From: Octopus vulgaris
Taxonomy: Eukaryota
Assembly: GCA_951406725.2 (NCBI GenBank)
Contig: OX597827.1
Location: 54,808,001 to 54,872,000 of the forward strand
Direction: 5' to 3'
DNA length: 64,000 nucleotides
The stretch's first letter is position 1. Each line of letters starts with the position of its first letter. This document shows positions 1 through 11,389 of the stretch, in pieces. The notes below the pieces were generated by a model. The model made no database searches, had not been told where the DNA came from, and was given only the letters and a program-made list of their open reading frames with translations. The translations under genes and the position numbers were made by a program.

Positions 1-229
1 TGACTTTCCATTAATTTCTCTCTATTTGGATGTTTTACAAGTTAGTGGAACCATGTGTCAAGTGCACCAAAATTTATCGCTGTTTTCAAAGAGCAGATCA
101 AATTATTTTCCTACATTCCAAACAGATTTGTATTTTGTATATGGCTGCGCAAAATACTTTGTTTTCAGTTGTCTTGATTAAATAATATCATTAATAATGT
201 TGCTGCTAGCAAAAGTAATAACAACTAAT

Positions 230-1028
230 AATAATGATTTCAAATTTTGACACAAGGCCAGGAATTTCAAGGGAGGAGATAAATCAATCACATTGATCCC
301 AGTGTTCAACTGGTAACAATTCTGACAGCTTGCCACCTTACAACAATTTATTATAATAATATTAATTCTTTATACTGGAAGCACAGGGCCTCAAATTTGG
401 AGAAGGGATTAAGTCAATTACATCAACCCCAGTGGTTAACTGGTACTTATTTAATCGACCCTGAAATGATGAAAGGCAAAGCTGACCTTGGCAGAATTTG
501 AACTCAGAGCATAGCAGCAGATGAAATACCACTAAGCATTTTGCCCAGCATGCTAACAGTTCTGCCATTGCACTGCCTTAATAATGATAATAATAATGGT
601 TTCAAATTTTGGTACAAGGACATCAAGTTTTGGGGGTAGGGGATAAATTAATTACATCAATCACAATGTTCAACTGGAACTTATTTCATTGACCCCAAAA
701 TAATAATAATTAATGAAAAAACATTTGAGCAAGGTCGTTGCCAGTACCGCTGGACTGGCTCTTGTGAAGGTGGCACATAAAAAATACCATTTGAGCGTGG
801 CGGTTGCCAGTACCGCCTGACTGGCCTCCGTGCCGGTGGCACGTAAAAGCACCCTCTACACTCTCGGAGTGGTTGGCATTAGGAAGGGCATCAAGCTGTA
901 GAAACTCTGCCTGATCAGATTGGAGTCTAGTGCAGCCATCTGGTGCGCCAGTCAAATCATCCAACCCATGGTAACATGGAAAGCAGGCGTTAAACAATGA
1001 TGATAATGATGATAATATAATAATGATG

Positions 1029-1074
<46 letters not shown>

Positions 1075-1260
1075 TTGATTTCAAATTTTGATACAAGGCC
1101 AGCAATTTCAGGGAGAGGATAAGTTGATAACAATGAGCCCAGTACTCAACCAGTTCTTATTTTATCAATCTTGAAATGATGAAATGCAGAGCATAAAGAA
1201 AGATGAAATGCGGCTAAACACTTTGCCCTTCATGCTAACAATTCTGCCTGCTCTCCACCT
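230..1260 (-). mobile_element. Cluster of diverged family-B tRNA-derived SINEs (Meta-domain-like) separated by (AAT)n tails
   Basis: Repeated reverse-complement copies of GCCTTTCATC..GGGTCGATTAAATAAGTACCAG and GGCCTTGTGCCAAAATTTGAAA at ~240, 375-578, 598-700 and 1078-1260. Confidence 0.75.
715..1020 (+). mobile_element. RTE-LINE-type 3' tail element (family C) ending in (GAT)n
   Basis: GTGGTTGGCATTAGGAAGGGCATC..GCTGTAGAAAC..CCAACCCATG..GGAAAGC..GTTAAAC then (GAT)n; same module at 12.8k, 35.3k, 42.7k and 59.2k. Confidence 0.75.
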
Positions 1261-1779
1261 TAAATAAAATTAATAATAACCATAATAATAATAATAATAA
1301 TCCTTTTTGTTATATGCACAAGGCCTAAAATTTTAGGAGAAGTGGACCAGCTGGTTACATTGACCCCATTATATAATTAAAAGACATCTAACACAACTTT
1401 TTCTGTCAATTTCTAATACAAGCTGAATTCTAGAAATTTTGCAGGCAGAACAGTTCATCATGTCAACTCCAACATCTGACAGACACTTTTATTCTATTGG
1501 CCTTGGTGGGGTTTGAAGCAACATAATTAGATACTGTGATTCATTTTGTCCCAAGCTCTAACAATTCTGTGATCCACTACTCTTTTAAAATAGCACTTTC
1601 TAAATCTAGTACAAGGCCAGCAATTTTGAAGGGAGCAGGATACACAGTTATGATGACAAGCATTCCATTTAATTTCATCAGTGGAATAGCCTGCTCATGA
1701 AATTAATGAACAAGTGGCTGGACATTCCACAGACACATATCCTTCTTGTAGTTCTTAGGAAGATCCAACATGACACAGA

Positions 1780-1995
1780 ATCTTTTCTACTCTATGCACA
1801 AGGTCTGAAATTTTGGGGAGGGGGCTAGTCGATGAGATCAACTCCAGTACACAACTGGTACTTAATTTATCGACCCTGAAAGGATGAAAGGCAAAGTTGA
1901 CCTTGGTGGAATTTGAACTCAGAACATATAGACAGGCGAAATACCACTAAGCGTTTTGCCCAGCATGCTAACAATTCTGCCAGTTCACTGCCTTC
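1780..1995 (-). mobile_element. Family-B SINE inserted in an older SINE
   Basis: Family-B body in reverse; flanks 1690-1780 and 1995-2180 are continuous SINE-like sequence. Confidence 0.7.
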
Positions 1996-3144
1996 AGCAT
2001 GACACATAATGTAACAAAGTTGGCCAATTGAAATACAAGAACTACTCATTTTTGCCAGCTGAGTGGACTGGAGCAATGTGAAATAAAGTGTCTTGCCCAA
2101 GGACACAACACACTGCCAGCAATGGAACTTATGACCTTATGATTGAGAGCCAAATGCCCTAACTACTAAGCCATGCACCTTCACTGAAAGGATAAAAAGC
2201 AAAGTTACCTCAGTAGGTTTTAAACTCTGAATGTAATGAGTAAGAAAAAATATCATTAAGCATTTTGTCTGATGTGCTAATTATTCTACCAGCTCACTCT
2301 TTTAATTAATAATAATGATTTCTAGCATAGTTGCATATCTACATTTAGAAGGTGATCTGTCAGTTAAATAAACTCCTGTACTATTTCATTTACCCCAGTA
2401 GGTTGAAAACTAAAGTTGACCATGTTAGATTTTGAACTCAGAATGTAAAGGGATGCAACCAAATATCACAAGCCTTTTTAATTGATTTTCTCTGTTTGGC
2501 CAAATGTTGTTGTTGATGGTGTTGTCCCTTTGACACAAGCAAGTCCTGATCAAGCACACATAACCAGACTGTCTTGTTGTGTATATTGGATTTCATTGCC
2601 AAATGCATCTTCTGTATGAATGATTTGAGAACATTTTACTGCTATTTCTAGCAGGTTGTAGAGAGCCCCCTCCCACCTCATTGGCTCAATTTCTGTCACT
2701 TGACATAACAATGTTTTGCTAAAGAAATGTTAACAAAGTAGTGAGGTATCAATGACAGTGATACTGGATTATTAAATTTATTATCACACTAACTGATGAG
2801 AAAATGAAATTAAACTTTGAAAAGAACTTGAAAAATATTGATTTTGATATTTTTTTTAAACCTTTAGAAACCAGCAGTGCACGCTTTTTCTCATTTACAA
2901 CACAATCACTTGAAAATTGTTAAATCTAAAACAGACCTTTTTTTCCTTTTTTCCTTCACATATTTTTTAAACATTTGTCAAGTAATTCATTGACAACATG
3001 TTTTACAATCAAAACCAAGTTATATGCAATAACAATTCTAGGTGTTGCTTGTTTCTATGGATTTAGAAAGCTTTAAAACATAATATTCTCAAATTAGATT
3101 GCTTCGCTGTTTGGTTGGGTCAAAACTTTCAATATAAAGGTAAA

Positions 3145-3917
3145 GTGTGGCTGTGTGTTTGAGAAGTTTGCTTCATAATCACATGGTTCCGGGGTCAATC
3201 CCACTGTGTGGCACCTTGGGCAAGTGTCTTCTATTATAGTTTCAAGCTGACCAAAATCTTCTTAGTAGATTTGGTGATGGAAACGGCTTATTTTTAGGAT
3301 GACATTGTGGTTAAGAAGTTTGCTTCATAATCACATGGTTCCAGGGTCAATCCCACTGTGTGGCACCTTGGGCAAGTGTCTTCTATTATAGTTTCAAGCT
3401 GACCAAAATCTTCTTAGTAGATTTGGTGATGGAAACGCTTATTTTTAGGATGACATTGTGGTTAAGAAGTTTGCTTCATAATCACATGGTTCCGGGGTCA
3501 ATCCCACTGTGTGGCACCTTGGGCAAGTGTCTTCTATTATAGTTTCAAGCTGACCAAAATCTTCTTAGTAGATTTGATGATGGAAACTGCTTATTTTTAG
3601 GATGACATTGTGGTTAAGAAGTTTGCTTCATAATCACATGGTTCCAGGGTCAATACCACTGTGTGGCACCTTGGGCAAGTGTCTTCTATTATAGTTTCAA
3701 GCTGACCAAAATCTTCTTAGTAGATTTGATGATGGAAACTGCTTATTTTTAGGATGACATTGTGGTTAAGAAGTTTGCTTCATAATCACATGGTTCCGGG
3801 GTCAATCCCACTGTGTGGCACCTTGGGCAAGTGTCTTCTATTATAGTCTCAGGCTGACCAAAACCCTCTTAGTAGATTTGGTGATGGAAACTGCTTATTT
3901 TTAGGATGACATTGTGG
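3145..3917 (+). repeat. Tandem array of 5 x ~152 bp (SINE 5' head plus MITE fragment)
   Basis: AGAAGTTTGCTTCATAATC at 3162, 3314, 3465, 3617 and 3769. Confidence 0.95.
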
Positions 3918-4929
3918 AATTGGTATGAAAAGTTGGATTTGGCTTCTTTTAACATAAAACGGATAGAATATTTGAGTCTGATATGACCAATTTACATGCA
4001 AAAGGAAAACCAGTTGATAGATTAAATCTGGTGGTTTTCGACAAAATCCAATGATAAAACTGTTAAGTACTCACTCAACCTGCTAGAAATGCCAGTCAAA
4101 TCTCTCTCTCTCTCACTACTGTCTTAGTAAAAGGAATTATACTTAGAATCATGTACTTATGACTATAGGGAAAGATAAAATGGTTACACTGGAGTTGCTT
4201 TGATTGTAGCTAGGTTCTGCTCAATCAGGGTTGACCTGAAGCTAAACAATAATAACCACAATGCTTCTGGTCATGTTAGCACAGCTTTCAAATTACAAAT
4301 TTGATTTATCTTATCTTTTAGTTATCGATTTATCTTTCTCAATAGCTTTCCTTGAAATATCTATTCAAAAGTAGGCATTTCTCATACTTTGTACCAGCCA
4401 CTTTCAAAATATATTTCCAATCTCGAAGTGTTTTTAAAGCTGTCCTGTATTTCAATATTACCATCACCATAAGAGTACTTGTTGTTAACTCTGGAGCAGC
4501 AGCAGAAGAAGTAGCAGCAGCAGCTAAGACAATTTCATGTTGTTCTTGAATTTTCACTTTGCAAATATTACTGAAATTGATGTGTGAAATGTCATTGGAA
4601 GGCAATAAAAATATTGTAATGGATCAGTGATATTTTTTCATTTTTTTTATTCTCATGTTCCCTCTCTTTTCTCTCCCGAGTGGAATTAATTTTCAAATGT
4701 AAAGTTAGTTCTGTATTCTTTATTGCTATTCCTATTCTATCTCAGCAGTTATAAGAGTGTAAGGTAGAGAAGGCATTCTCTTGTTACGTCCACTTATGTA
4801 CCTTTATAGTGTGTTGTGACAGAATAACGGAAATGAATGAATTCATTAACATGAAGCTAGAAGCCATTATTAGACGACTTCATTTGTATGGTCTGTGCGC
4901 ATGGGTTTGTCAATGTCTCTGAGTGTAGT

Positions 4930-4989
4930 ATGGTATGCGTGTGTGTGCACATGCATGCCCAAATAATTGTATGTGTTTGTGTGCATGTA

Positions 4990-5027
<38 letters not shown>

Positions 5028-5655
5028 TGTCATAAGTGTCTGATTGTCTTTCTGTGTACGTAAAGTGCATGTGAATCTTATATAAGCATGTCTGTCTGGT
5101 TATCTATGTACTTGCCTGCCTGTCTGGCTATCTGTTTGTGTGTACATGTACGTGTCTGTATGTGTGACTGTGTGTACAACTATTTGCGTGCCTGTATTTG
5201 CATACGTACCTACATGTGTATCTGTCTATCTATCTATATATAAAGTGCTGTGTGCATATGTGTGCCTGTCTATATGTGAGTATGTGCCTGTTTCTATGTA
5301 TAACTGTCTGCCTTTGTTTGCATGTCTATATGTGTATCTGTGTATGTAAGAATCACTGTGTGTGTGTGTATGTGTGTACGTACCTGCCTCCATATGTGTG
5401 TAACTATCTGCTTGTGCTTGCATGCATATCTACATGTGTATTTGTGTAAGAACTTGTGTGTGTGTGTGTGTGTACCTGTCTATATGTAAGTGTGTGCCTA
5501 TCTCTATATGTGTCTAACTCTCTGCCTGTTTGCATGAATATCTACATGTGTATCTGTGTATCTAAGTATGTGTGTGTGTGTGTGTGTGTTTGTATATCTA
5601 AGTCTGTGTCTGTGTACATGTGTACCTGTCTGTATGAAAATGCTTGTCTGTCTGT
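4930..5655. repeat. Degenerate (TG)n/(TGTA)n/(TCTG)n microsatellite region
   Basis: Direct inspection. Confidence 0.9.
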
Positions 5656-6842
5656 AAACTTCTAGCAAACAAAACCAAAAACAAAACAAAAAAAAAATTT
5701 GAAATTTCCTCCCACCTTTCCAGTTGTTCCTCCTATATGTTAGTTCTACACCACTAAACAATCTATGTACAACTTCTTCAATCGGAGATGACTGCATTGT
5801 TTGTGTTCTAATGTTAAACACTACTTGAAACATTCTAATGTATTCAATTAAACAAGCGCATCTCGAAACCACAATAAATTCTTTGAAAACCACTACATTG
5901 ATAAATTTAACACCCTATGGAAAGGTTCATTGCAAAACCTCAATGTAAGTCTATGTGGTAAGAATAGATTCACGTGAACACTGTTATTGTATGCCAACTT
6001 TTCTAAGTAGTTAAACCATTCGACCGTTTCGCTTATTGTTTGCTGAAATTTTATAGAAAAAAACAAAAAAAGAAACGCTTTTTAATTATATAAGTTAGAC
6101 AAACTAGTGTAATGAATTGTATAAGCAGTTGATGATATGTTTGTGTGCATGTTTAATGTATTTACACACACATGCAGACACATACACACAAACCTGAGCA
6201 CACATTATTTCCAGAGTATTTTGTTTTGGTTCATTTAAATATATCGAAATAAGAACAAAAAGAAATCTGTCTCTATGTCTATGTGTGGGGTAGGTGGGTG
6301 AAAGAGAGGAAGGAGGGTGGATATGTGTGTGTGTGTGTGTATGTGTGTGTGTGATGTAAAGAGAACCAGGAAGAAACAAACATTGAGATATAAACCAAAA
6401 GCTTTCATAGTTGAAAACAAGAAAAAAATTTTCTCTAAATTTCTCAGATAATTTGAATAAATCTCTTAATATTGGCTTATGTATTATGCTGCAGGCCTTT
6501 TAACTCTTTAGCTGTCCATCAGCCAAATTGTTGCAAGATCTAACAGTATAATCTATTTATTGGAATTATGTCCATAAAACTGCTGTCATTGGTATTCTTG
6601 CACTTAAATCACTGAGGTTATCTGTGTCATAGCAATACACATATGTATCATTGTCTGGATAAAGCATTGCTCTGTTCAATGCTGTATTTTTTTTTCTATA
6701 GTTTCTATAGTTTTAAGTGGACAAGAGGGAAATATCCCCTTCTTTCCAACTAATTCCAGATAGAACACCAGTCTGTCACGGGAGGAATTTAACTCAATAG
6801 TGCTCGTTAATCTTACAGCACATCTTTTGCATATATACATTG

Positions 6843-7005
6843 GTGCAGGTGTGGCTGTGTGGTTAGAACATTGCTTCCCAACCACGTGATTCTGGGTTCA
6901 GTCCCACTGCATGGCACCTTGGACAGGTATCTTCTGCTATAGCCTCAGGCTGACCAAAGCCTTGTGAGTGGAATTTGAAAGAGGGTAACTGCAAGAAGCC
7001 CATCA
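6843..7005 (+). mobile_element. Family-A tRNA-derived SINE, 5' half (3' half resumes at ~10930-11010)
   Basis: A box TGGCTGTGTGGTTAG and B box GGTTCAGTCCC; body runs to GAAGCCCATC(AT)n; continuation TTTGTGTCTGTGTTTGTCCCCCACCACTGCTTGACAACC at 10947. Confidence 0.85.
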
Positions 7006-7120
7006 TATATATATATATATATATATATAATTTTAATCCAAACGGGAAACAAAAAAACAACAACAATGGAACAATTACAGTATTATTATTAATAGGCGCT
7101 CAGGAAATGGAAGCAGGGAG

Positions 7121-7155
7121 GTATGACGTTTCGAGCGGAGCTCTTCGTCGGAAAC
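7121..7155 (-). ncRNA. Minimal type I hammerhead ribozyme, variant core (CCGACGA)
   Basis: Minus strand GUUU-CCGACGA-A-GAGC-UCC-GCUC-GAAA-CGUC-AUAC: stem II GAGC/GCUC, palindromic ACGU stem III, GUC triplet. Confidence 0.7.
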
Positions 7156-7899
7156 ATAAAGAAGGAAGAGAGAGGAAAGAAAGATCCCGGAGCGGGCAAC
7201 GGAGATAGAGAAAAAAACGGCTGGTGTTAGGAGTAGCACATGGTGAAAGGCGGATGTTTACGATAACAAGAGCAAAGTGGGTTTTTAAAGGCAAAAGAGT
7301 GGAGACAAGGTTGGTAACGCAACAGATGTGTGTGTATGTGTGAGTGTGTGCGTGTGTGTATGTGTGTGTGTGAGGCGAGGTAAAAAAACAAAAAATATAT
7401 GTATGTGTTAGTGTGTGCGTCTGTGTGTAGGCGTGTGAGGTAGGGCGAGACGGTGGTCAGCATAGCAGCAGCATAGCAGACAAAGGTCAGTAGTGAGAAA
7501 AGGGAGGAAGGAGGAAGGGAGGGAGGGGAAGGGGTGGGGGCGTATGTAGCGTGCCAGCGTGTGTTGAGTAGTAGTGTGTGTGTGTGTCCAGTGTCGTGGT
7601 AGTATTAGTGGCGAGTAGATTGAATGTGTGTAAGAGTGATGTATATGTTTAAGCAATGTGTGTATATGTGTGCGCGTGTGTGTAACGAAAAAAGGGGGGG
7701 GGTAGGAAAAGGACTCCAGCGGAGGGGAAGATGGAAGAGTGGTCCCGCGGAGACGGGCGTGGGAAAACCCAACGACAAGCGACATCCCAGGAACGGGCGG
7801 GAGGTCTCGTCGGGTCCAAGGGCGAGGTGCATGCGGCGCGCATGCGTGCGCGAACCGGCGCAAACGCGTGTGTGCGCGAGCCTGCGAGTGTGCGCGTAC

Positions 7900-9850
7900 G
7901 TATGTGTGCGTGTGGATGTGTGAGTGTGTCTGTGTGTATGTCTGGGTGGCAGTGTGTCCGATGAATGTATGTGAGTATGTGTGTATATATGTGTGTGCAT
8001 AGATGTATGTCCGTGTGTGTGTGTGTGTGTGTATGTGTGTATGAGTGTGTATGTATGTACGTGTGGGTGTGGGGAAGTGTGTGTATGTGCATGTGTGTGC
8101 GCGAACATACAGGTGTGTGAGTGAGTGCGTGTGTGTGTATGTATGTGTGAGTGTGTATGTATGTGTGTGTAGAATGCATGTATGTGTATGGGTGTATGTA
8201 TGCGTGTGTGTATGTATGTATGTGTACGTGCGTGTGTGTGTGTGTATGCGTGTAGGTGTGCGCGTGTGCATGCGTGCATGTATGTGCGTATGTGTGTGTG
8301 TGTGCATGTGTGTGGGTATATATGTGTGTGCGTATATGTGTGTGTATGTGCGTACATGTGTGTGTGTGTGCATGTGTAGGTGTGTAGGCGTGTGTGTATA
8401 GGTGTATGTATGTAAGTATGTATGGGTGTGTCCGTGTATGTGTGTATGTATGTGTGTGTATGTAGCTGTGTGGGCGTGTGTATATGTGTGTGTGTGTAGG
8501 CGTGTGTATATAGGTGTATGTATGTATGTCTGGGTGTGTCCGTGCATGTTTGTGTGTGTGTGTGTATGCATGTGTATGTAGGTGTGTGTGTACGTGTGTA
8601 ATGTATGTGTGTATGCGTGTGTATGCGTGTGTGTATGTAGGTGCGTGTGTATGTGTGTGGGAGTGTAGGTGTGTGTGTGCGTGTGCGTGTTTATGTTGGT
8701 GTGTGCGTATGTGAGTGTGAGTGTATGAGTGTTTGTCATGCATGTGTGTGCGCGTGCAGGTGAGTGTGTGTGTAAGTATGTGTGTGTGTATGTTTGTGTG
8801 AGTGTGTATGTGTGTATGTCTGTGTGTATGTATGTGCGTATAGGAGTATGTAGGTATGTGTGTGTGCATGTGTATAAGTATATGCGTGTGTGTGTGTATG
8901 TGTATGTGTGTGTGTTTATGTATGTGTGTATGTATGTGTGTAGGTGTGAGTGTGTAGATGTATGTATGTATGGGTGTGTGTCAGTGTGTGTTTGTGTGTG
9001 TGTAGGTAGATGTGTGTGTCTGAGTGAGGGTATGGCTGTGTAGGTGTGTGTGTGTATGAATGTAAGTGTGTGTGTATACAAGTGTAATGTATGTATGTGG
9101 GTGTGTGTGTGTGTGTATGTGTACGTGTGCGTGTGTATGTGTGTGTGTGTATGCGTGTGAGTGTGGGTGTATGGGTGTATGTCTGTGTGTGTGTATGTCT
9201 GAAGTGGGTATGTGTGTGTATGTATGTATGTGTGTGTGTGTGCGGGTATGTGTGTGTGTGTATGTGTGTGTGTGAGTAGGTGTGCGTGTATGTATGTGGG
9301 TAGGGATGCATGCGAGTGTGTGGGTATGTATGCAAACATACGCAAGCGCACATCCGAAGCAAGCCCACACACACGAAGCGCGCTCACGCACACAACGCAC
9401 AAGCAGTGCAACGCAAGCCCAAAGGGGCCGACCGAGCCCCCAGCGCGCGCCAAGGCGCGCGAGCGCAAAGGCCCTCGAACGCCCCGCTACGCGGGAACCG
9501 AGGATCCATCAGCCAAAACCGGAAAGCAGAAAAGGGGGGGGGGCAGCCTGGATGCAAAAAGGTGTATGTGTGTGTGCATTCAGTGTACGGGTGTGCATGT
9601 GTGGGTATGTATGTATGTATGTGCCTACATGTATGTGTGCATGTGTGTGTGTGTGAAGTATGTACGTGCGGTGTGTGTGTGTGAGTGTGTGTGTATGTAT
9701 GTGCGTATGTATGTGTGTGTGTATGTGTGTATGTATGTCTGTGTGTGTGTGTGTGTGTGTAAGTATGTATGCGTGTGTGTATGTATGTATGTGTGTGTGT
9801 ATGTGCATGTGTGTCTGTAAGTGTGTGTGATTAAATGTGTGAATGTATGT
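7900..9850. repeat. Long degenerate (TG)n/(TATG)n array inside the Penelope-like element, interrupted by a GC-rich island at 9330-9560
   Basis: Direct inspection. Confidence 0.95.
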
Positions 9851-9951
9851 ACGTAGATGGGTCTACGTATGTGTGTGTGTGAACAGGCGTGTGGGAGGTA
9901 GGTAGGTGGGTGGGAGGTAGGTGGGTGGGTGTGTGTGGGTGGTGTGTCCGG

Positions 9952-9982
<31 letters not shown>

Positions 9983-9986
9983 GGTC

Positions 9987-10391
9987 TCAAGAGGAGGGGG
10001 CTGTGTTAAGTCCGTGTGGGGTGGTAGTTTGTAGGGTGAAGATGTAGCGTTGCTCCAAGTGGAGCCTGGAAAGTGGGCGACCATTGTGGGGGGCGAGACC
10101 AAACACTGAGATGTCATCTCGGGAATGGCCGGCCGAGCGGAAGTGGCGTGCGACGGGAGAAAAAGAGTGTAGGCGAACGTCCCTCAAGTGTTCAGTGAAA
10201 CGGTCGGACAACCGGCGTCCCGTCTGACCTACATACAGCATCCCGCATAGGTTGCATTTAATGCAGTAAATAAGGCCAGACGAGGTGCACGTAAAAGAGT
10301 GCCTAATGCGTACAGTATGCAGGTTGGAGCCGGTGACAGCGGTGGTGTTGGTGATGAAGGGGCAAGTGTTGCAGCGGGATCTAGAGCAAGG

Positions 10392-10394
<3 letters not shown>
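9987..10394 (-). CDS. C-terminal fragment of Penelope-like ORF: Cys knuckle plus GIY-YIG endonuclease (135 aa, no internal stop)
   Basis: FPCSRSRCNTCPF..FTCTSSGLIYCIKCNLCGMLYVGQTGRRLSDRFTEHLRDVR..VARHF..LEQRYIFTLQTTTPHGLN; LIY/YVG motifs, catalytic R, E and N, CCHH motif. Confidence 0.92.
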
Positions 10395-10421
<27 letters not shown>

Positions 10422-10426
<5 letters not shown>

Positions 10427-10880
10427 CTCTTAGGCATAGTAAGATTAATAATCAGGTGTAGAACTCAATATACGTATGGTCACAGTGTTAGATGAGTATA
10501 GAGTGGTAATAGCTGACACCAGAAGAATACAAAGGTTATGTTATGAACTTCATTAGCTTGAACTTCATTTCTGCTGTTAAATGTGGTGGACTCTTAGTTG
10601 AGTCCCGATAACCACCTGTACCTTCACCAGAGCCTTGAAGTCTACTTTATTTGGGAAAATTACATTTTCACAACATACAGACTTTGAGTGAGAAAGTTAT
10701 TGCAGATGCCTATGGAAAGGTCTGTCCAAGTGCATTTCCTGTTCAAGACTCTGATGAAGCTATAGGATGTTAGCCAGAGGCTAAACTAAGAGTCCACCAC
10801 ATTTTGTAGCAAGAACAGCTGTAAGCTAATGAAGTTCATAACATAAACTTCATTTTCCTCTGGTGTCATCTCTTTATTCT
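10422..10880. mobile_element. Inverted-repeat element with degenerate hammerhead-like arms (probable old Penelope-type terminal repeats)
   Basis: 10514-10638 is a diverged reverse complement of 10742-10868; right arm reads CTGATGA-A-GCTATAGGATG...CATTTTGTAGC-AAGAACAGCTGTAAG; flanked by (TA)n. Confidence 0.55.
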
Positions 10881-11389
10881 TATATATATATATGTGTGTG
10901 TGTGCGTGCATGTGTGTGTGTATGTATGTATGTATGTATATATATATTTGTGTCTGTGTTTGTCCCCCACCACTGCTTGACAACCAGTGTTGCTGTATTT
11001 ACATCCCATATACAATAAGATGTAAAATATCTTGCCCAGAAGCTTCCTTAAAAACTCATTTCTGCTCTGGTATTGCAACCAGGCTAATAAACTGAACCAA
11101 TAAAACTAGCCAATGAGGAAGCGTCTATTTGGTTGCTTGACTTGCTAGAAATAGTTGCCAAATCTTCCTCAAATCATGTCTTTGCATCTTAAAAATTACA
11201 GAAGTGTGGAGAGACATTAAATAATTTAGTCCTACATAAACCTTCTTTATCCTTATTTTATCAGAAGGTGAAATGGTAAAAAGACCCAGGTCTTTTCTTC
11301 AGTCTGCAAAACCCTGCCATGGAGTGGTAAGTGGAAGGGAGGCAAGTATCTTCAAACCAAAGATTTTACAACAGAGTGGACTCTGTTAA

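Larger units (their letters stand above)
7030..10394 (-). mobile_element. 5'-truncated Penelope-like retroelement (Neptune-type) inserted in (TA)n
   Basis: GIY-YIG frame at 10394-9987, T30 run, (CA)-rich 3' region, terminal hammerhead at 7121-7155, (AT)n on both flanks; terminus homologous to 58008-58205. Confidence 0.8.

Noticed and set aside
3145-3917. CRISPR-like regular repeats
   Set aside because: Whole units are repeated with no unique spacers, in a eukaryotic context
4339-4605. 88-aa ORF with a poly-Ala stretch
   Set aside because: Driven by a short (GCA)n repeat; no recognisable domain or convincing splice signals
7408-9468. 686-aa His/Thr-rich ORF and overlapping long ORFs
   Set aside because: Translation of (CA)n/(CATA)n repeats, which rarely contain stops; several frames are open at once and no domain is present
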